This document shows, in pieces, positions 25,291-27,603 of a DNA stretch of 27,603 bases (position 1 is the stretch's first letter; each line of letters opens with the position of its first letter). The stretch comes from an uncultured Thermotogae bacterium (GTDB lineage: Bacteria; Bipolaricaulota; Bipolaricaulia; CAYUCE01). Both the position numbers and the translations under genes were made by a program. The notes under the pieces are model-generated. The model was given only the letters and a program-made list of their open reading frames with translations. It was not told the DNA's origin and searched no databases. Location: the NCBI GenBank assembly GCA_964443275.1, contig CAYUCE010000022.1, positions 1-27,603 of the forward strand, in the 5' to 3' direction.

Positions 25291-25319
25291 TTGTTTACTA
25301 TCCCCTAGTATGTTAGAAT
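25291..25319 (+). promoter_or_regulatory. Candidate sigma70 promoter for hflKC: -35 TTGTTT (25291-25296), 17-nt spacer, -10 TAGAAT (25314-25319)
   Basis: Read directly. RBS AAGGAGAAGGAGGAG lies upstream of the TTG start at 25353. Confidence 0.35.
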
Positions 25320-25352
25320 GATTTTTAACTAAGGAGAAGGAGGAGATAAATT

Positions 25353-26435
25353 TTGGCTGGCAGACCTTTTGACATAGATATGGAAGATAAAGGCGGAGAA
25401 ACTGTAGAAAAATGGAGAAAAAGATTAAGCAAAATGGGTAACTGGACGGCTTGGATAATCATCCTGGTAATAATTGGATTTTACGCAATAGGAGGTCTAT
25501 ATAAGGTAAATCCTTCCGAAGTAGGTTTAGTTAAGCGATTTGGCAAGTATGTGCGGCTAACAGAACCGGGTCTCCACTATCACCTCCCCACACCGGTTGA
25601 GTCCGTGGAAACAGTGGATATACGTTCGATTCGCAAAGTGGAGATCGGATTTAGAACCATATCCCCGCCTCCAAACCCCAGATACAGAGAAATAGACGAC
25701 GAAGCCCTTATACTTACCGGGGATGGAAACATCATTTACGCAGAGGCAGTAGTTCAGTGGAAGGTTGAGGACCCGCTGGATTTTGCTTTTAACCTTATCC
25801 CTTCCCAACGCCAAGTTTCCCGTGACTACCCCATAGCCCGGCTTGATCCTTCCCAACACTACTACGCAGATCCCAGAGAACGGTATGTAGAAAAGGCAGC
25901 TGAAGCGGTGCTTAGGGAGAAGATAGCAGAGACCACCTTGACTGAAATTATGACCATACAGCGGGCGGAGGTGGCTGCAGAGGTGGTCGAATCCCTACAG
26001 GAAATGATGGATAGCTATAGTTCAGGCATCCAAATCGCAAATGTGAAATTGCAGGATACCAAACCTCCCGAGCCAACCCGGTCGGCATTTCACGACAAAA
26101 ATAGCGCATTACAGGACAAAGAACGAAAAATTAAAGAAGCCGAAAGATATGAAAACCAGGAAATCCCCCGAGCAAAAGGTGAGGCCGAACAGATACTAAA
26201 CCAGGCCGAAGCTTACAAGCAAGAGAGGATAAAAATAGCCCAGGGTGATGTGGCCAGGTTTGTAGAAGTTTTGAACAAATATCAATTGGGAGAAGATGTG
26301 ACTCAGACCCGCCTGTATATCGAGACCATGGAAGATATTTTGCCCAAGATGAAAAAGGTGGTTTTGACCAAAGGAGCTTCCGGGGTACTCAAATTCCTTG
26401 ATTTAGAAAAGCTATCTGGAGGTGAGGGTCAATGA
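25353..26435 (+). CDS. hflK: FtsH protease modulator HflK (SPFH/band-7 domain)
   Basis: N-terminal TM followed by an SPFH domain and C-terminal coiled coil. Immediately upstream of hflC with an ATGA overlap. Confidence 0.85.
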   Translation: MAGRPFDIDMEDKGGETVEKWRKRLSKMGNWTAWIIILVIIGFYAIGGLYKVNPSEVGLVKRFGKYVRLTEPGLHYHLPTPVESVETVDIRSIRKVEIGFRTISPPPNPRYREIDDEALILTGDGNIIYAEAVVQWKVEDPLDFAFNLIPSQRQVSRDYPIARLDPSQHYYADPRERYVEKAAEAVLREKIAETTLTEIMTIQRAEVAAEVVESLQEMMDSYSSGIQIANVKLQDTKPPEPTRSAFHDKNSALQDKERKIKEAERYENQEIPRAKGEAEQILNQAEAYKQERIKIAQGDVARFVEVLNKYQLGEDVTQTRLYIETMEDILPKMKKVVLTKGASGVLKFLDLEKLSGGEGQ

Positions 26436-27295
26436 AAAAGATAGCAATATTTGTAGGTCTGATAATTTTATTGATTATTGCTTATAACCTGTTTTGCTTT
26501 CCGGTGGATGAGACAAAGACGGCCGCAGTTATACAGTTTGGCGAAATCGTCCGGGTGGTAAAAGAACCCGGCCTTCATTTTAAGATTCCTTTCATTCAAG
26601 GAGTAAGATATCTATCAGACAGGGTATTAATATACGATATACAGTCTAAATTGATCGTTACTTCTGATGAAAAAGGTCTTTTCGTAAACAACTACGCTTT
26701 CTGGAGGATCGAGGATCCCAAAACGTTTATCCAATCCATGAGGACCATGGATAGCGCACAGGCCCGTATCGACGATGTGGTCTTCTCCAACTTAAGAAAC
26801 ACTTTGGCCGAGCATGCACTAAATGATATTGTTTCCAGAAAAAGGTTAGAGTACTTAAAGCAGGTAACCCGCACCAGCCAGGAAAATATCAAAGGATTTG
26901 GAGTTAAGCTGCTCGATGTACGGGTAAAGCGGGCCGATCTACCGTCGGAAAACGAAGCTGCCGTATATGATCGGATGAAATCAAAGTGGGAAGCAGAAGC
27001 CGAACTATCCCGTGCAGAGGGCGACCAGGAAGCGAGGAAAGTTAGATCGGCAGCGGATCGAGATGTAGAGATAATCATGGCCGATGCAAAAAGGCAGGCT
27101 GAACGATCAAAAGGAGAAGGAGACGCACAAGCCCTTGAGATATATGCTAATGCCTATAATCAGAAACCCAAGTTCTACCGGTTCTGGCGGAGTCTGGAAA
27201 GTTACAAAAAGTCCTTCGAAGCCGGTTCAACCATAGTACTTTCCACTGATTCTGATTACCTTAAATTCTTTGAAAGTAAGGAGCTTATGGAATAA
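26432..27295 (+). CDS. hflC: FtsH protease modulator HflC (SPFH/band-7 domain)
   Basis: N-terminal TM, SPFH domain (…AFWRIEDP…) and the typical HflC C-terminus. Confidence 0.9.
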   Translation: MKKIAIFVGLIILLIIAYNLFCFPVDETKTAAVIQFGEIVRVVKEPGLHFKIPFIQGVRYLSDRVLIYDIQSKLIVTSDEKGLFVNNYAFWRIEDPKTFIQSMRTMDSAQARIDDVVFSNLRNTLAEHALNDIVSRKRLEYLKQVTRTSQENIKGFGVKLLDVRVKRADLPSENEAAVYDRMKSKWEAEAELSRAEGDQEARKVRSAADRDVEIIMADAKRQAERSKGEGDAQALEIYANAYNQKPKFYRFWRSLESYKKSFEAGSTIVLSTDSDYLKFFESKELME

Positions 27296-27460
27296 ATGAT
27301 GTGTATATGTAACCTAATTTACAAAATTATAAACTAAAACTGTTACTTTAATATATAAGCGAAATTCTAAAGTATTGCGCCTTATTCGGAACCTTCACAT
27401 TGTTGTTTATTGTAGCAGGCTTTAGCCATCATTATGTATACATTTAACCCTCCCAGATAG

Positions 27461-27603
27461 GGTGGAACCCTGAAGGGTTCCGCTACGAAAAACAAACGAT
27501 GTTAATAAGATTACCCCGCAACCAGATGGGTAGAGGATGCTCTACTACGCTACTTCGTAGCTCTCTGCTTCGCAAGCTTCGCAGAAGCGTAGAAGAGGTC
27601 GTA
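27461..27603. repeat. Third, partial copy of the repeat element, cut by the window end: hairpin GGAACCC-tgaa-GGGTTCC (27464-27481), TCCGCTACGAAAAAC (27479-27493), units u7 27540-27561, B 27562-27577, u8 (inverted) 27576-27597, then GTCGTA
   Basis: u7/B/u8 match the 4652-4750 array. 27461-27477 is the reverse complement of 4871-4887. TCCGCTACGAAAAAC matches 4931-4945. Confidence 0.75.

Noticed and set aside
5035-27295. Idea that the repeat copies at about 4.8 kb and about 27.5 kb delimit a mobile genomic island
   Set aside because: The intervening genes are core housekeeping (secF, recJ, guaB, mgtE, nnr, yajC-secD, hflKC) with no integrase, transposase or tRNA target. The repeats are better seen as dispersed intergenic elements.

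Overview
Bacterial chromosomal segment from an unidentified, probably uncultivated lineage. Almost everything is housekeeping and syntenic: secF-recJ, guaB, fxsA, an Asp23-like gene, mgtE, nnr, a Pat-like ADP-forming acetyl-CoA synthetase/GNAT fusion, yajC-secD, hflKC and rpsT. Nothing looks like an island or a defence system.

Three things stand out:
(1) A family-1 encapsulin nanocompartment locus. An encapsulated ferritin (EncFtn) with a GSLGIG targeting tail sits 2 nt upstream of an HK97-fold encapsulin shell gene. The shell reading frame is interrupted by a +1 frameshift inside a C5 homopolymer. A PatB/MalY C-S lyase and a secreted transglutaminase-like protein flank the pair in the same orientation.
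(2) A TetR - lipoprotein - MMPL/RND transporter - LolA-like gene cluster, a putative lipid or lipoprotein export system.
(3) A previously uncharacterised multi-copy repeat family that fills the large gene-free intergenic regions. It has a roughly 55-bp conserved core, a variable hairpin module that is structurally conserved but differs in sequence between copies, and arrays of about 22-bp imperfect palindromic units (consensus roughly CTCTACTACGCTNCTTCGTAGC) in direct and inverted orientation. Three copies occur in 27.6 kb, and both window ends fall inside copies. It resembles REP/BIME or MITE/PATE-type elements, but no transposase lies nearby.

A separate 59-bp-period tandem direct repeat lies upstream of the membrane-protein/yajC/secD cluster. 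Functional calls rest on motif-level recognition of the translated ORFs. No searches were run.
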